NCBI RefSeq assembly: GCF_018350175.1
Contig: NC_058368.1
Coordinates: 46,068,001-46,132,000, forward strand
DNA from: Felis catus
Taxonomy: Eukaryota
Length of the DNA: 64,000 nt
Reading direction: 5' to 3'
In this document: positions 62,098 to 64,000 of the stretch, in pieces
Layout of the letters: each line of letters begins with the position of its first letter
Numbering within the stretch: position 1 is the stretch's first letter
Program-made: the position numbers and the translations under genes
The notes under the pieces: generated by a model
What the model was told of the DNA's origin: nothing
Seen by the model: the letters and a program-made list of their open reading frames with translations, nothing else
Database searches by the model: none

Positions 62098-62419
62098 TTT
62101 TTTTTTTTAGTATAGTTGACTCACAATGTTACATCAGTTTCAGGTGTACAATATTGTGATTCAACAACTCTACATGTTATGCTCACCACAGGTGCAACCA
62201 CCGTCTGTCACTGTGCATCGCTATTACAATACCATTCACTATATTCCCTACGCTGTGCCTTTTATTCCCATGACTTACTCATTCCATAACTGGAAGCTTG
62301 TACCTCCCTCTCCCTTTCCCCTCCTCCTGTATTAGTAGAAACATAAATCGGTGCAGTCACTGTGGAAAACAATATGGAGGTTCTTCACAAAATTAAATAT
62401 AGAACTATCATCTGATCCA
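62098..62419 (-). mobile_element. Carnivore L1 3' end with inverted 5' segment
   Basis: Poly-T and antisense 3' UTR (tagtatagttgactcacaatgttacatcagtttcaggtgtacaa) to ~62330, then sense ORF2 (ggtgcagtcactgtggaaaacaatatggagg...tgatcca). Confidence 0.85.
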
Positions 62420-62426
62420 AAATAAA

Positions 62427-62700
62427 CTTTTAAATTTGAAATAATCTGACACTTATAGAAAATTCATAAAATTATAGAGTCCATTATTTCCCTCACTCTA
62501 CCTCCTTCTTCCAGTGTTAACCTTTTGTATAAACCTAGCATAAATTTTAATATTAGGAAAGGTGCAATATTATTAACCAGTCTACAAACCTCATATGAAT
62601 TTCACCAATTTTTCCATCTATGTCTTTTTCTTGCAGGTTCTCACATTGCATTTAGTTATTTCTCCTAAGTTTCCTCCAGTCTGTAGGAGTCCCTCAGGCT
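62427..62700 (-). mobile_element. L1MC/MD-like 3' end
   Basis: tttgaaataat...caatattattaaccagtctacaaacc...atttcaccaatttttcc...cacattgcatttagtt. Confidence 0.75.
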
Positions 62701-62982
62701 CTGCTAGCATTTGATTTGCAAAGAAAATTATCAGAAGTACTCATTAGATGGTCACTAACGTTCATGAATCTGCTGCAAATATTAGCTGTCGACTGTTTTA
62801 AAGGGACCATAAGAATTTTAAAACTAAGCAAAAAAATAAAGTGTGTACAAAAATCTCCTTCGAGCCTCCGAGACTAGTCCGCCTTAGTACTTTCCCCCCC
62901 AATATTGTTCGGTTTGTTTTGTAGTTGATTTCACATGCATTCAATATTGGCCCTGCAGTTCAACCAGTTGTCATTTCTTAGA

Positions 62983-63143
62983 CCCTTGCTACTCAAAGTT
63001 TGGTCTACATCACCTGGGAACTTGTTACAAAGAAATACAGAATGTCAGACCCCATCCCAAGCCTTAGGCCTGCTAAATCAGAATCTAAATTTTAACTAGA
63101 TTTGTAAGTGACCTGTCCAACCAATAAGGTTTGAGAAGCACAG
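62983..63143 (+). mobile_element. MER5A (hAT-Charlie MITE)
   Basis: tgctactcaaagtttggtc...catcacctgggaacttgtta...ctaaatcagaatct...ttttaac...gtttgagaagcacag. Confidence 0.85.
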
Positions 63144-63579
63144 AATTTGGGCATCTCTGTCTATTATATGCAGAGGTTGAGAGGGGAAATCCCGGAGGTC
63201 TCTTCACATTACTATTAATTTTGGAACGACCGATACCATTGCTTCTATGTACGGGCTACAGTTGTTCTCAGGTACTCATGAATTTCCTCTGTTTCTCTTT
63301 CCCCTTTCTTACCCTTGATATAAATCCTACAATATATTTTTATCTGAGACCTGCTTTGTATTCCATATGCACATTACACTGAGTGGGCTGTAATTATGCT
63401 GGGCTGTATTCCACTGATGTTATGTTTCTGCAGTACAGACATATTTGATGCACTATTCTAACATTTCATGAGTTGGCTTATTCAGGTGGCTCATATAAAA
63501 TAGATTTTGTACAAAACATTCTGTGTACTTTGCCTGTGTCTCAATGCTCCCGTCCTCTGTGCATCTCTCAAATTTATTG

Positions 63580-63855
63580 CCGACTTTCTGGATAAGCTTG
63601 GACAAGTAATTATCCTTCCTGCTTCTTATTTTCCAAGTATAAAATGGAGAGTCGAACATTGCTATGGAATGTTAGTTCTCAAGGGGATCGCAGATAGCAG
63701 TATGTTCACACCACAAAATTAGCTGGTAGAAAATTGAGATACAGTAAGGGTGTGACATGTAGAAGGTCAAAAGTCCATTACTAGGCAGAAAGAAAATGTC
63801 AGCCTCCAGGTCTTCTAACCGTAGACCAGAGCTTTTCCTCAGGCCCTCTCTGCCA
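63580..63855. mobile_element. Two MIR fragments in opposite orientation
   Basis: + strand core cttggacaagtaatta...tataaaatgg (63597-63650); - strand core gaaaattgagatacag...aaggtca...ccaggtcttctaac (63725-63850). Confidence 0.5.
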
Positions 63856-64000
63856 ACATAATGCATCATCACTACCCTTTCCATATTTTCTCAGAGGAAG
63901 AGGGATCCCTCTTCCTTTCCAAGGCTTTGTCTTTGACTCTATATGAGGTTTGCACTCCTCCAACTTTGATTTCATGTTTTTCTTCTCTATCCACAAATAT

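Noticed and set aside
1..64000. Protein-coding genes among the listed ORFs
   Set aside because: All are 111 aa or shorter and many start at non-ATG codons. Most lie in SINEs, microsatellites or decayed LINE/LTR sequence, and none resembles a host protein I recognise. Small spliced exons cannot be excluded by eye.
1..64000. A previously undescribed multi-gene biological system
   Set aside because: There are no intact ORFs, operon-like organisation, arrays or foreign-composition segments. Everything structured is explained by known mammalian repeat classes or is unassigned non-coding DNA.

Overview
AT-rich mammalian genomic DNA, almost certainly from a felid (cat family): it carries about 13 Can-SINEs, five of them of the young, CpG-intact SINEC_Fc type, plus a cat-type L1 3' end. 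I can support no protein-coding gene, RNA gene, CpG island or prokaryotic-type system. The listed ORFs are short and most fall in SINEs, microsatellites or decayed LINEs. The window looks like a gene desert or deep intron built from layered transposon fossils: L1 of several ages, HAL1, L2, MIR, MaLR/ERVL/ERV1 LTRs, and hAT and Tigger MITEs. Several repeat-free, homeobox-motif-rich stretches between them may be conserved non-coding elements. The most notable observations are a hidden ancient RTE-clade LINE (~27.1-28.0 kb), a well-preserved CR1 3' end (~42 kb), a duplication-inversion-duplication micro-rearrangement (~30.1-30.3 kb), a youngest-type SINE lacking its target-site duplication (TSD), a two-LTR MaLR provirus with a nested LTR, and a twin-primed L1. 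Subfamily names come from my recall of consensus sequences, not from a database search, and boundaries of old repeats are approximate. I found no evidence of a previously undescribed biological system.
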